From the NCBI GenBank assembly GCA_030390025.1, contig CM059430.1, positions 61,938,001 to 62,002,000 on the forward strand: a stretch of DNA of 64,000 bases, in the 5' to 3' direction. Within the stretch, counting starts at the first letter, position 1. Every line of letters starts with the position of its first letter. Below, in pieces: positions 37,313 through 50,306 of the stretch. The notes below the pieces were generated by a model. It saw only the letters and a program-made list of their open reading frames with translations, was not told the DNA's origin and ran no database searches. The stretch is from Squalus acanthias. Its lineage: Eukaryota. The position numbers and the translations under genes are program-made.

Positions 37313-39894
37313 TGTTTAGCCAACTTTAATGTATATAACTGGAGAGTAGTTGAATAATAAAAAAAACTCTAAAATGTATTGAGCAAATCTCTTCTACACT
37401 TAGCATAATATAGGAAAGTGAAAATAATATGAAAGGATTCAGCCGCCTTAAGGTGACGCTATTGCAGATTCCAGTCGATAGTGATATTAGAAAAGATTAC
37501 AAGGGAAAATATCTAATAGAATCTCCGTTTAAAGTGAACATTACCGTTTTCTGCAATTAACTAAACCATGAGGCGTAATAACTGGTGTTATGCAACACTT
37601 GGTACGTTTGCAGCGTTTTGCAATTAACTGCTATTTTAAAATTTGAACTGTTAGTGCGGAGATGAGATAATAAGTCATGTTCCTTATTTAGCTTCAGAAG
37701 CACACGCGCCGGAGTCAATATTTAGCAACACTTAACAGTATAGCAAAATATACACGCTTATTATTGCTGTTCACGGATGTGTCAAAATTGGATATTCAGT
37801 TATCAAACTATCTTGAAATATATGATGTTATTAGATGAGAAAATCGAATGTGAAATTAATTTGAATCATAATCGTAGTTAAATAATTGTTGAATATTTAC
37901 TTACATTTAATGGGCCCTGTGTCATGCTAGAGAAAACTGCCGGATACTTGTAGAAACACAAGCTCATCAAGGCCAAGCAGCACCGATTTCTCAATCGCAG
38001 ATTCTGCTGGGCTTCCCTTAGAGAATTCTTTGAAGAAATAACAGAGTGTAAATACAAAGGAAAGGTTGTGGATGTGGTTTACATGGACTTTCAAAACGCG
38101 TTTCAAAAGGAATCACAAAAGAAACCTTTACCACGTCGAAGTAAGGAATCTGGTCACAAGGATAGTGAGATGGTTGGAAGATAGTAAACAAAGTAAAAGA
38201 TAAAATGAAGCTTCTTGGCATGGACATATTTGATGACTGATGTTTCATTGCCGCCTGAGCTGCTTTTATTTACTAGAGATAAATTATTGGTTCGTGGGAA
38301 TTGAGGGAATAAAACTGAAATTTGAAAATGAGACCTAATGGGAACGGGACGACGGACGGTGAATTAGAATATAGCTTGTGAAATCCTGCAGGGGAACATT
38401 GATAGGCATCGCTGATTGACAGTTAAACAACAGATGTAGAAGGCAGACACATTTGAAGTGATACATTTTCGGAGATACAAACGGAGAATCAAAATATTCC
38501 TTAAATATTTGGATTTGAAATGTCGCAGAGGAGCAGTGATCTTGGCGTGCAGATAAACAATCTTTAATGGTGGTACCATAAAAAGCCGTACAGACTCCCT
38601 TGTGATTCTGTCTATAGGCACGCAATAGAAAAACATAGAGGTAATGTTGCACTTGACTTTTGTTAGATTGTAATTGGAGTGTTGTGGTATGAGCATCCCA
38701 CTACTCGAAGGATAGAAAAACAATGGAAGGCGTGCAACATAGATTGACTGTGTGTTACGATTCATGTGGGGTTAAAGTTATGTGGAGTTTTGAGAAGCTA
38801 GGGCTTGCATCAATGGAGCTGAGAAGTTTAAGGGGTGAGCATGTAATGATTTTCAAGATTGTGTAGGATTGTTTAATTATCACCCAGATAAATTAGGTAA
38901 AATACTAAACACGCCTGGGCGAACCACCACAAATTTTGGGGCATAACTGGACATGAATAAGGAGAGGACTAGATTGCAGATTTTGTTTTGGGTTCAGAAT
39001 TGCAGCTTTCATTAAATTCCTGATAGTTCTTTCCATTGGTTATTTTTATTTATCAAGACTTTGGCCATGAAATTTCATAAGAGGCTGTTCCGCTCACCCG
39101 CTTTCACCTGTAGATGATCGAATACCTCAGGAAAATGGTACTTATAGGCAATTGAGAGAGGATTACAGTTTCTAATAGGGTACATGAGCTACTCTAAGGA
39201 ATCCCTGGGGGAAAAAAAAACATTTCCGTTCAAAATAGGTAGAATTTGTCATAATCGACCCAATATTGTTGCCTTAATGGGTATGCTGCACGTCCAAAAC
39301 GGAAGGATGTGGAGTTAGTTTTTGTTATGGGCAATGAAGCAAGAAAAGTTACTGAGCTGAAGCAAGAACCTTACCCGCTCGGTGCAACAGATGGGAATTT
39401 GGGACGGGCTGCTACCAATTACTATCGGATAAAAACGATCGCGTGCACATGCTGACGCTTCTGATTTTCCAGTCTTTGCTTAAAGCTCCCTAATTGGAAG
39501 CATGATAACTGAATATTGTATCTTTGTGTATCAAAGGGAATGGATAGGGAGCTGGCTTGGTCATAGAAAACCAAGAATATGGGTAAATTGACATTTTTTG
39601 AATTAGGAAGTTGTGGAGAGTGTGGTGGAGTGGTTGATGCAACAATATTAATATCTCAATACAAGCATTGTAATCAAATAGTGCAACTACAGAAAAAGAA
39701 AACAATTGCCAACTGATCAGATTGTAACTTTTGCAGTTCTTAGGCGCTGCTATTGATGCAAATGTAAACGTTAATACATTTATTTGTACACAACATCCGC
39801 GATCAGAATTTATGTCATGGGCGACACCATTTCAAATATAAGTGCTGAGGTACTTCAGTTATGTGTAAGGAGTGGAGTAGCGGTAATTGTTCTC

Positions 39895-40295
39895 TTTCGT
39901 GCAGAGAAGGCTAAGAGGAGATTTGCTAGAAGTGTTCAAAATCATGAACGGTTTTGCTGGAGTAAATTAGGAGAAACTATTTCCAGTGGCAGAAGGGTCG
40001 ATAACTAGAGGACACCGATTTAAACTCATTTTAAGTTGAACCAGAGGCGACATGACGAAACTTTTTTTACGCAGCGAGTTGTTGTGATCTGGAATGCACT
40101 GCCTGAAAGGGTGGAGGAAGAAGATTCAATAGTCACTTTCAAAAGGGAATTGGATAGATATTTGAAGGAAAATAATAGAGGCCTATGGGAAAAGAGCACG
40201 TGTGTAGGACTAATTAAATAGCTCTATCAAAGAGCCGTCACAAGCACGATGGGCCGAATGGCGTCCCTCTGCGCGGTATCATTCTACGATTCTGT
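39895..40295 (+). mobile_element. CR1 3' fragment
   Basis: FFTQRVVVIWNALP motif and gggccgaatgg..attct tail. Confidence 0.85.
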
Positions 40296-40714
40296 GATGC
40301 TTCCAACTACTTTTTTAAGGTTTAAAATACTGTGACAGGAACAACTTGAATTAGTAAATTCTCTTAAAATCGTAACAATTACGCAGAAATCTTTACATTA
40401 CTGGCCGAACTCAGTTGGTAGTTTAGACATTTTCCCAGATCCTACAATTTCTGTGCTCATGTAATCAATGTCACATTATTGTGGGACATGAAGAAGCCAG
40501 GAATTTTATCAACGTTTCCGTGCGGAACATATGTGTTGGTGAATAAGTAAAATGTGCAGCATGAATCCAAGTCATGGCCTGGGGGAGTTAGTCTCACAGA
40601 TGCCACTGTAGTAATTCTTTGCAACTGAATTAGCAACATTCCTCTAAAAATGGTTACAATTATGGGGCGATATAAAAAAATGCGCTTCATTTCAGCCGAA
40701 CTCTGTTGCTTTTT

Positions 40715-43000
40715 TGGACATTATCCAGAGCTGTAACTTGGGAGCCCATGTGATCCATATTACAGGATTGCAGTACATAAGGAAATTGCATCGAATGTCC
40801 CGGGTTTAACCAATTTCACTGTACTGAAACATTTGTGTGGAACAATAAATAAAACGCCAGAAAATGCATGAAGGAAACATTTCTGCGGCTTGCCTAATAC
40901 TTAATGTAATATATGACAATGGAAACAATGGTACACATACAGGCGCCTTAACGAAAGAAAGACTTGCATTTATATAGTGCCTTTCACGACCAGCGGACCT
41001 CTCAACGCGATTTACAGCAAATTAAGTACTTTTTGAAGTGCAGTCACTGTTGCAATGTAGGAAATGCGGCAGCCAATTTGCCCACGGCAGGCTCCCATAA
41101 ACAGCAATGTGATAATGACCAGATAATCTTTTTTTGATATGTTGATTGAGGGATAAATATTGGCCAGGACACCGGAGATATCTCCCCTGCTCGTCTTCGA
41201 AATATTGTCATGGGATCTTTTACGTCCACCTGAGAGAGCACCGGACTTGGTTTAATGCCTCATCCGAAAGATGTCACCTCCGACAATGCAGCACTCCCTC
41301 AGCACTGCACTGGAGTGTTAACCTAATTTTTTGTGCTCAAGTACCTGGAGGGGGATTGTGAACCCACAATACTTCTGAATCAGAGCTGAGAGTGCTCCCC
41401 ACTGAGCCACAGCTGAGACTCAAGCGGATAGATTAAATATTTCAGACTGTTTCATTGGTAAGATTAAGAGATGCTACAAAGGAAAATAGCAAATCGAATC
41501 TCTGTTCAATGCGAATATCAGATGTTGTTGCAATTACATTGAAATAATGATGTTTAATAACTATCATTATTTGACATTCGATGGTTTTTCATGATGTTGC
41601 AATTAACAGAGCTAAATTTAAACATTGAAGAATCGTTGTTTCGAACTGCGCTACTGAGCCAAGTTGTTTACTTAGCCCGATAAATCATACGCTCGTGTCA
41701 ATATTTAGCGAAACATTTTGTGCAGCTAAAAATAGACTGGTCAACGCCTCCGTTGATGCCTTACATTTTATCAGAACCCGGGACTGATAGAACACCCAAA
41801 TGTTCATGTTTTTGCAGCTGTACGTGAATGTGTTACTTTCGTTTACATAATTATCAAAATAATCGACTGCACGTTGACTTAATCTCCAGCTCGAAGCCAA
41901 CGCATTTTTATTAGATGAGCAAATAGAATGTTACATAGATTGCAACATAACGGCAAGGAAACATTTGCACATTTACTTACATCTCGCAGGTCCTGTGTCT
42001 TTACGGATAATACTAGTAATCTCTTGCAGAAACCTGAGCCTGTAATCAAGCCCAGTCAACACGAATTTCTAAAAGGTAGATCGCGCTTGACTTATTGGCT
42101 TTACTGAAGAAATAACAGAGAAGAGATAAAGGAAAGGCAATAGATGAAGTTGAGATAAATTTTCAAAACGCATTTGATACCGTAACACATACTATAACGC
42201 CACGTGGAAGTAAGGGCAAGGTGGCCACATGGTGAAAGAGATAGTTGGAAGGTAGGAAACACCAAGGGTAAAAGGACGTTTCTCGCGGTAAGATGTGGCG
42301 AGTGGTGTTCCACGGATACTGCGTTGGGCTACTTTTATATATTATATACATCAATTATCTTGACTGGGGAATTGAGGGTGCGTCATTAAACCGTGCAAAT
42401 GACACTTTATGGGGAGTCGGGAAAGACATTATGCTGCAGATCGCGAAATGCAGCAGATGACATCCATAGTTAGTTTGAAGAATAGATAGATGTTTGATGT
42501 ATAATGCAGGGAAATGTGAAGTAGTATATTTTTGCAGGTACATTTAGGAACAGGAAATGCTTCTCGATAAGTAGGATTTTAATTGCTGCAGAGGAGCAGA
42601 TGGACCTCAATGAATGATTGAAACAGAGTTTATTATGAAATAAAAATACAAAGGGAGTGTCTTGGTTTAGATTTTGGTGGCATCGAATACAGAAGCAGGG
42701 AAATAATGTTCAACTGGTGTAAGAGCATATGTAGACTATGGAAGAATACAAGAAGAAATTTAAAGGCGCCGCCTTACTGATCAAGAATGGAGCTATTATT
42801 TGAGAAAGGTGGACTTCTTTAACTGAGCTCAAAGGATTGCTGAGTGATTTGATAGAGGTTTTCAAAACTACAACGCGTTATGACAAGAAAACAGTGATAG
42901 GTTATTTTCAATGTCCAGTAGACGGTGGCGAGTGAGCACAACATTCAAATAATCGGAATAAATTATGGGAGAGGTAAAATACTATTTGCGTAGTGTTTGG
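40715..43000 (+). repeat. Unit B of the tandem duplication (ancient CR1 at ~42010-43200; SINE inserted at 40953)
   Basis: Collinear with unit A (35320-38880) at the anchors listed there. Confidence 0.75.
40953..41416 (-). mobile_element. tRNA-derived DeuSINE, SacSINE1-like
   Basis: The reverse complement starts cagctgtggctcagtggggagcactctc (A box) ..gtgggttcacaatccc (B box) and ends with an L2-like tail gtgaaaggcactatataaatgcaagtctttc. Confidence 0.8.
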
Positions 43001-44462
43001 TTAGAATACGAGATTTGGACGTTCTCTGCCACAAAACGATGCTGAATCACAGCCCAAGGATTATTTTCGAATTGAATTAGTTGCTTGAAAAAGAGGAATA
43101 TTAACGATTGACTGAATCTAAATGGTAAATGGTACTAACTGAGTGGTTCCTGTGGACAGAAAAAAAGTGCAGACTTTGTTTCTGTGCTGTAAAATGCTTG
43201 TTAATGCATACAGTCATCAACCCAGAAGAGTTAGGCAGAACAAGAGGCAACGGATTCGCATCGTCTTCCATTATCTTTACATTCGGAGCTAAACCTTTGG
43301 TCACTGGAACTGTTGGGCTGCCTTTCTTCCAGTAACTAGCCACAAAATGTTCTAACCCGGTAATAGAAGTGATCTACTTCCTCAATACTCACAGCTTCAT
43401 CATGGAAACTACGAGTTCCTTATAGCTGACGAAGCAGCCACGCTAATATAGATAACTGGTTGTCGTTCTATTCTCTCTCTTAAGGCTTGTTAATTCTTTA
43501 GTTGCGTGCCACACCATACAACCTGTTTATATCTATATTATCCACAACTTTCAACATTTTAAAGGCCTGTATCTCTTTTAGTTCGGTCTTTTCTGCAATA
43601 AAAATGCATTACGCTCTGTAGCGCTTTTCTCACAACTTAAGTAGTATGTCCCGGATTCATTATTGTTGATCGTCTCAGAACTCTCTGGAATCACAATCCT
43701 TTTGAAGATACAGCCTAATGAGAATAATCGGGGTAGTTGCTTTGATAGCGACCTGGAATTGTGTGGGTGCATCGATTCAAATAAGAATGGATAGTCATAA
43801 AGAATTTAGAGAAAGGCATCTTATACGCCTTCATCTGCAAACTGTGTTCAGAGGGTTTATGGAAGAGTCCATAAACTGAAGCGCCCTGCCTTCCAAACCA
43901 GGAGAATCGCCAGCACAGGAGGTCAGAACAAGGTAACGCAACACACAAATCAAAACACAGGCTTTGCAGTTTTACCCGTAAAAATTAAATACATCAGAAC
44001 GGTTGATTGTTAAGAGAGGTCGTATAACATCTATTTTTATTGAATTTATGTATGATGATAACTGGATGCAGCAAAACAAATAGCGTATCATTGCAGAGAG
44101 TTGTCATCTATGAAATTCTACAGATTGATCAAAAATGTGCAAGGCAAGTTGATTTTCTTACAAGTAATTAAATGAAAATTCCTCATATCTTTAAGCAACA
44201 ACAAACTATTACACCCACATTCAATGATATGACACTACTACTGGTTACCCTGTTTTTTTATTTTTGTATTTCCCTGATTTTTAGAGCATGACAAATCTAG
44301 ATTCGCGTAGGTGACTTGCTTTGTCTGTAAACATGTGTTTGGAAATTTAGCAAATTGGTCGTTTTGCCAATTTTGTGGACTGGCTGCCGAAAAGAATCAT
44401 CAGAATAACACACAGACAGCTTGAGGTACACTCCACGGCCTGAGTCACCCAACCTTGTAGTC

Positions 44463-44641
44463 TCAGTTATCGCATGAATGTTGGTGCTGCACTGCTGATC
44501 TGTGTCTTTCTGATCCGCTACGCAGCCTCGGCTGATGGGACACAGTCCTCTCCTCTTCAAGTTTACATCTTGTAGTTAACTTAGTTCTGCTCAAACCTAC
44601 TGCAGCATATCAACAATCTAAGCCTTTTCTTCCCGAATGGG
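44463..44641 (-). pseudogene. Putative decayed cytoplasmic exon with ITIM-like remnant
   Basis: tttccGG (possible mutated acceptor), then PIREEKA*IV, a frameshift, and YAAVGLSRTKLTTRCKLEEERTVSHQP...; resembles an IVYAAV ITIM plus an eroded ERTVY-type motif. Confidence 0.35.
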
Positions 44642-45019
44642 CCGGAAATAATTATATGTTTTCTAATGTAGCAAGTTCATTGCATTCACCAGTTTACAGA
44701 CTACTGGTTAAACATTGAACAGAACAACATAGGCTAGATACAAAGGGCAGAAAGCATAATTAATGTAGTTATACAAGTGCGAGCGTTAAGACCAGTGAGT
44801 GCTGTGGTCGTTATAACTATAATTAAACCTGTTTTAATTCGTTTTACAATACAGTTTAACGGAAATGTTTAAATGAGCGCTAGTTTCAGAACATCGAGTT
44901 GTCCAATCACAAATAATATTGAATCTATAAACTGTTACTCTTTAGGTACATTTTTAACGAAACTGACCGTTTTCTTCTCTGCTAGATAATCACTTAAACC
45001 ACCAACGCAGCGGGGGCGC

Positions 45020-45119
45020 GGCTGAAATTGGTCTCCGTCGGTAGCGCGAAACAGGCGATAACGATTCGGCAACCGGTTTTACACCGCGCTCGCATTTTCT
45101 TCCGAAAACCAATTTCGCC
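45020..45119. mobile_element. Tiny MITE-like element (~100 bp)
   Basis: Inverted ends ggctgaaattgg / ccaatttcgcc around a CpG-rich core. Confidence 0.5.
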
Positions 45120-45821
45120 TCGAGGGTGAAATCCTTCCCCGCCGGCGTCAAATATTTCTCTGAATACGATTTGAATGTCTCATTAAGCGGGACAAATACT
45201 TTTTAGGAAATAGACAAACTGTTCTGACGTGATTATGATATCAATCTTCTTCATATTTGAACCTTTTGCGGGATGAATGAATAAACGTACCCGCTCCTCA
45301 CGCCGGTTCGGTCCCGTTACAGCAACTTTTCCCTGTGAAGTAATGAAACGTAATCAAAATGAATGATTGAAATATTTACTAAGTTTGCATATCAATGCTT
45401 GCAAAGACCTTTCTAGAGTCGCTATAATGCCGAACATGATTTTCAATTTCAGATTATGCTGTCAGTGTTTGAAATCCCACTGCAGCGGCCAGGAATGGTG
45501 TACAACCATTCCGGGCCGGAGTCTCACACCTATTCAATATACATGCCATTCATCATGCTGCGAAGTGGAAATTTCTGCTACAAATATCCAGATAATCAGA
45601 TCCTTTTAATTTAAATTCTGGGAGTATTTCTGCGTTTTAAAGAGCTGAATCGGTTGCTGTTTGGAAAAATCAGCGCTCCCTGAAATCAGATAACACTGCC
45701 TTCAACTTTAAGTCATAATTTAGTTCTCCTTCCTCTGCGCTTCTATGAAACATTCACTCCCCCGACCCCCGCAGCTCGCGGAAGTTTTGTATGAAAATCA
45801 AATGCTTACTATAGATCTTAC

Positions 45822-45935
45822 CTTTATTAATCTGCAATTGGCAGTGCGTCCCAATTATGATCAGGAGCAGCAGGAACGCTAATCCATCCAACGCATATCT
45901 AAAACCCGAGTAGTAAGGGCACATACCGACGCTAT
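45822..45935 (-). CDS. Exon 4: stalk + transmembrane DSVGMCPYYSGFRYALDGLAFLLLLIIIGTHCQLQINK
   Basis: ttattcttgcag|AT ... AAAG|gtaaga; 114 nt, phase 1-1, with a hydrophobic core. Confidence 0.85.
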
Positions 45936-47065
45936 CTGCAAGAATAATAGGAACAAACATATCGGGTGTTTCCTAAAAAGAGGCCTCAGCAGAGTTCATT
46001 GGTTGAACTATTGATGTTTTTAGGAACTCCGTTGTATAGAACGGCAATAAGGATGTTTTAATCAAAAACTGTTATTCTTTTTTAGATATAATATTTGGAG
46101 GGACATATGCATCTAACTGGTGAGACAGTTATGGCATAAACTGCGAAGAGGGATTGATGTAGGTGAGGTAATATACGAGCGGAATGCTTCCCTGGACCGA
46201 ATGGTTTGTTCTTATCCGTCACTTTTCTTATGTTCTTTACTTATTGTCTGATGTAATCCCAGGCAATTCGGTGACAATTGTTTCGCCGTTCCCTGTGCAA
46301 AATGCCGACTTGCAGAAATCGGTTAAAACCCGCAGTTCACACAGCTATACTATACTGAAGTAAGAATGTCACTGAATAGTGAAGGAGACGGTTTATTAAT
46401 TATTGTCTGCCGAGGTTAGCAGTTCTTAATAAAATAATGTAACCGGCTGAAAAGCAGTCAGAGAGTAAGCACAGTTTAAATTAAATGAATGATACAGATC
46501 CCACTTCAGCCTGCCGTGCCAGAATTAGAAGTTGGCCAAAGGGTTAATTTCAGAACTCTTCAGAATCACCAAAAAGCGGATCAGGATCGGGAACTGCTTG
46601 GGGAGAAACCCGAGAGCAGACAACTTGACCGTGGCTCCAGGTAATCCTCCAGATGAAGGAAAACCAGATAACGGTAATGAATACAAATTTTTACATGGAA
46701 ACAAAACAAAGAGTAACAATCAGCAAAGTATGAAATATAATCGGAAAACAATGATAAGCCTCATGTTTATATGAGTTATGTGTTAAATACAGGAATTGAA
46801 AGCTAATAATGTCTTACTGAGAATGATTGTATGGCTGGCGATATAACCGGTTTCACAACACATTGGATTCCATTACACATTAAAACATGAATTTTATGTG
46901 TTCGTTTATATTCCCATGAGTTTTGCCTGTATTCAGCAACCATTCAAAAACACTTGATGAATTTCAGTTCCTTATGAAATGATTTCCTTCGGTGCTGCCC
47001 TCTCTATCATGTCTTACACCTTCTTCTTTCTTAATCTTTCTATTTGTATGTTTATTAAACACTTT

Positions 47066-47650
47066 GGGGTAAAAATTCAGTTGGTTGCGCCTCCCGTTAG
47101 TGCCTTAAGTGGGCGCTAATGGGGCGCAAAGCCGCTAACGCCCGGGCGCAGCGATGTTTGCGCCACTCGGGAACTTAACTAGACATTGTGCGGCGGCGCT
47201 AAACTTTACCGCTGCGACCACCTGCGCGCGCAGATTGTGACATCATTTCATGGTGCAACGCCCTTGTGGCGCCCCGGAGCGGAAATTGAGTGGCGCCCCC
47301 TGCCTTACCGCCTGGCGCATCCAATGACCAGAAGACTGGAACGCTATCAATCGCTGTGGGGCTGGGGGGGGGGCGCTATTTAAAGGGGGCCTCTTCCTGT
47401 CTTTTATTGTTGGTGGCATTTTTGAACTACGCATTCTGAGAGAGAGAGGGAGAGACTTCTGGAGAGATTCAACGTTGTGTGAAGGAGTTTTGGGTACTGA
47501 GCAGCACTTTGCAGGTTCATTTTGATTTGCCATTCCTTGTATCGATTTAGCAGAGACTGTGGGAGCTCTTTATTCATTTTGGTGTCGCTAAAGGTCTATG
47601 TAAAGGTTTATGTAAAGGTCTATGGGGCACTTTTTAGCATTTTGGCTGTT
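47066..47650. mobile_element. Harbinger terminal fragment in intron 3
   Basis: ggggtaaaaattc..gcgcctcccgttagtgcc..gggcgctaatggggcgcaaa matches 28085-28500 and rc 55800-56040. Confidence 0.75.
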
Positions 47651-48610
47651 TCACTCCTAATGAATTAAATCTCTATTATTTCTCTCCTTAGGTACGTCCA
47701 AGCTCCCACACAAGTTCCATTTTTAATATACTCGTTATCTATCTCTTACCATTTTTACGGTCTTAGGGATGTGGGAAGGTGGAAGGCAACATGTACTAGG
47801 TGAAAGAGGATTTTGGAGAGGTGCTGCAAGATGGAGATTTGAGACAGTAAGTGGGATGGGGAGACTGTCCGGCTGGAACGCGTACAGGCAGAGCTGAGGC
47901 CAAGACGAAACAGATTTCGATCATAAAAGTTGGAGGGGAAGGTAGTCTTGAACAGAATGGAGAAGGTCCGACCTAGGATTAATCATGTCGTCATGTTTTG
48001 GAGTGCGGGGATTTGGAAACATGATGGGATTTTAGGGTGTGTTCTGGGTTGCTCGGCTTATCCGGCACAGAGGGTAGAGGCCATTGCGTAACTGAAGTGT
48101 GCAACCTGGGAACATTGGAAATAACCTTGTGATTGGGAGTAATTGACGGTGTAAAAACCCTCACAGTGAATCGCCCATCAGAGGCCGGTCTCAGGAGCCG
48201 CACTGGGTGACACTCGAGACCAGACAAAAAAAAACTGCTGCTCCTGGTCCTGCAACTCATGTAAGGAACCAAATAATGGGAAAACATGAATGTTGATTAA
48301 TAAGGAAGAAATGAAAATAATTGGATAGAAGAGGTACATCGCCTGCTCATATTTGTTTTAACAATTGGAAGCTGATGAGGTTTAACAGGCAGTTATTGGG
48401 TGGAGGACGATAACAATCATTCGGTTTTACAACGGTTCAAAGTCAATAAGATTTTACATTGAAACATTAATGTTCTCTTTCTTTTGATATTTCCCGGGAC
48501 TTTCTTTTTGATCAAACTTTATGATTATCAATATGAATAAACTCTATGAAATACCCTTTCAGAATATAACAGTAGTGGACCTCACATTTTCTGGCCTGTT
48601 GGCCTCGTAC

Positions 48611-48921
48611 CTGGGTTGCAATTGCTAACAGTGTGGATGGCAATGGCGGGAGTCACGAGGGAGGCATGAGATACCAAACAGATGTAAACAGCCCCGTTCG
48701 GCACAGGCTGCGTCTCTTCCAAAGAGCTGGAAACTTCATACAGTCCCTCAGTGTTCAGCCGTTTAGTGGAATTTATCCCAGTTGCGGTTTCGACGCCATT
48801 TTTATACCAAACGAGGGTTAAATCGCCCGGGTAAAACTCAGCCGTTTCACACACAAGAGTCAGAGACGCAGCTGAATTGCTCTCGGGGCTCCGGAGACAA
48901 TCTTCACTGGAGTTGGGGTAG
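48611..48921 (-). CDS. Exon 3: C1-set Ig domain with a 1-nt deletion near 48885-48888
   Basis: ttccgcag|CT ... CCAG|gtacga. C1 motifs LTLVC, FYP, LVWYKNG, YEVSSSL, YICLVSHASL. The first residues (TPTPVKIVSGA) are out of frame with the rest. Confidence 0.92.
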
Positions 48922-49889
48922 CTGCGGAACAGAGCATGGGGAAAATCAGGTTACTGGGGATATAATGATCATAAGATATGGGAGAAGAATGGTATCCTCA
49001 GTCGTTCCGTGTTTGTTAGTAACTCTAGGTAACTGTAGATCTGTCTGTCTGTCTCCCCAAGAGAGAAATTAATAATCGGTCCATTAGCGATATCGGACAG
49101 CTCACACAGCCGGAGCATGAGAACGGCTGAGCGAAATAAGTTTTCCTTCAACGTTAAAAGGCTGGAACAACAGTCTCTGTGGAATGTTTTATTTATTGGA
49201 GGCGAAAGAGGCGCAAAATTATGGCTCGTGGTCCAGTTTGTTGAGTGAATCCATGGATTAACAGTTAATTTAATCTGATCTGAAGTCCGTCACCCGAATC
49301 AGCCTATCAGTATGTGAGCATTAATTTCATAAGAGGGAGTGTTAAACCTGACTTACAGCGACAGGGACAAACAGAATATCTAAAATGGAGCAAGAATCGT
49401 GTATATGACGGGAGCGGGGCATTAACAGAAAATATTTACAGTCAGTTATCAATATATTTGGAATTTGTTCCGCAACTTCCATCATCAGAAGTCCGATGTA
49501 AAAATACATTTTGAGATGAATCGAGTAACATGTTACTTGCGACTGGTCATCGACCTCAAACGTTGACTCTGCTCCTTCCTCCACAGCTGCTGCCTGAAAT
49601 GCTGAGTATTTCCAACATTTTCTGTTTATATTTCAGATTTCCAACATCCGCAGTATATTGAGTCAGTAGCATGTTAATTACTCTGGTTAATATTGATAGC
49701 ATTTTACACAACTCAGCAAATGAAACGTCATATTGTGCCGTATAATTAGCAGTTGTGTGCAGAGTTTCAGTGTAAATGTCTTAATATAATTGTTATATAA
49801 TATCAAAGACGGTGCAATTAAACAATGACAAAACATCATCCTTGCTACATTTGATACATTTGGACGTCCCGCTCACTTCGGTCACTTAC

Positions 49890-50201
49890 CGCACACAGTT
49901 AGATGTGATCCTGTTCCATTTTCATTCATTCTTCCATGACGGATCACTGCGCAGTGATAGATTCCAGAGTCCTGGAAAGTCACGTTCAGTAACTCAAACA
50001 AACCGCCTCCTCTTTTTTTCAGAACAAATCGTTTTCTGTTATCGGCTCCTGTTTGCAGATATTCATTCTCACCCTGTTTCCACCAACGCACTTCTACCCC
50101 CGAATTGTTATGAGAAAGGGGGATTACGCAGTGGAAGGTGATGTCTGTCCCCCTTAATGTAATTACTTGTTCGGGAGTTTGAGACACGCTGAACGTAGCA
50201 G
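49890..50201 (-). CDS. Exon 2: V-set Ig domain with germline-joined J-like G strand
   Basis: ttttctaacag|CT ... TGCG|gtaagt, 312 nt and open. Motifs VSQTP, ITFHC, VRWW, DSGIYHC, GTGSHLTV. Confidence 0.95.
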
Positions 50202-50306
50202 CTGTTAGAAAATATATTCAAAGTTTGGTTAATTGTATTCTATGCAGAACCAGCCTCTTTAGAACACATTAGTACATGGAAATGAAAACGAGAAAGAAGA
50301 ATACGG

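Larger units (their letters stand above)
35320..38880 (+). repeat. Unit A of an old direct tandem duplication (includes an ancient CR1 at ~37930-38880)
   Basis: Collinear matches to 40715-43000, e.g. ccatgtgatc.atattac.g.attgcagta, gtcaatatttagc, ttattagatgag.aaat.gaatgt and tttacttacat, followed by the same CR1 5' junction. Confidence 0.75.

Noticed and set aside
43390-43716. Possible further cytoplasmic exons (GCIFKRIVIPESSE...; VIYISV ITIM-like)
   Set aside because: One plausible acceptor but no consistent exon chain or family resemblance; cannot be supported without cDNA.
46525-46719. Weakly hydrophobic minus-strand ORF in intron 3 as an alternative TM exon
   Set aside because: No clear acceptor or donor, and the hydrophobic run is broken by Pro/Lys/Gln; 45935-45822 is a much better TM exon.
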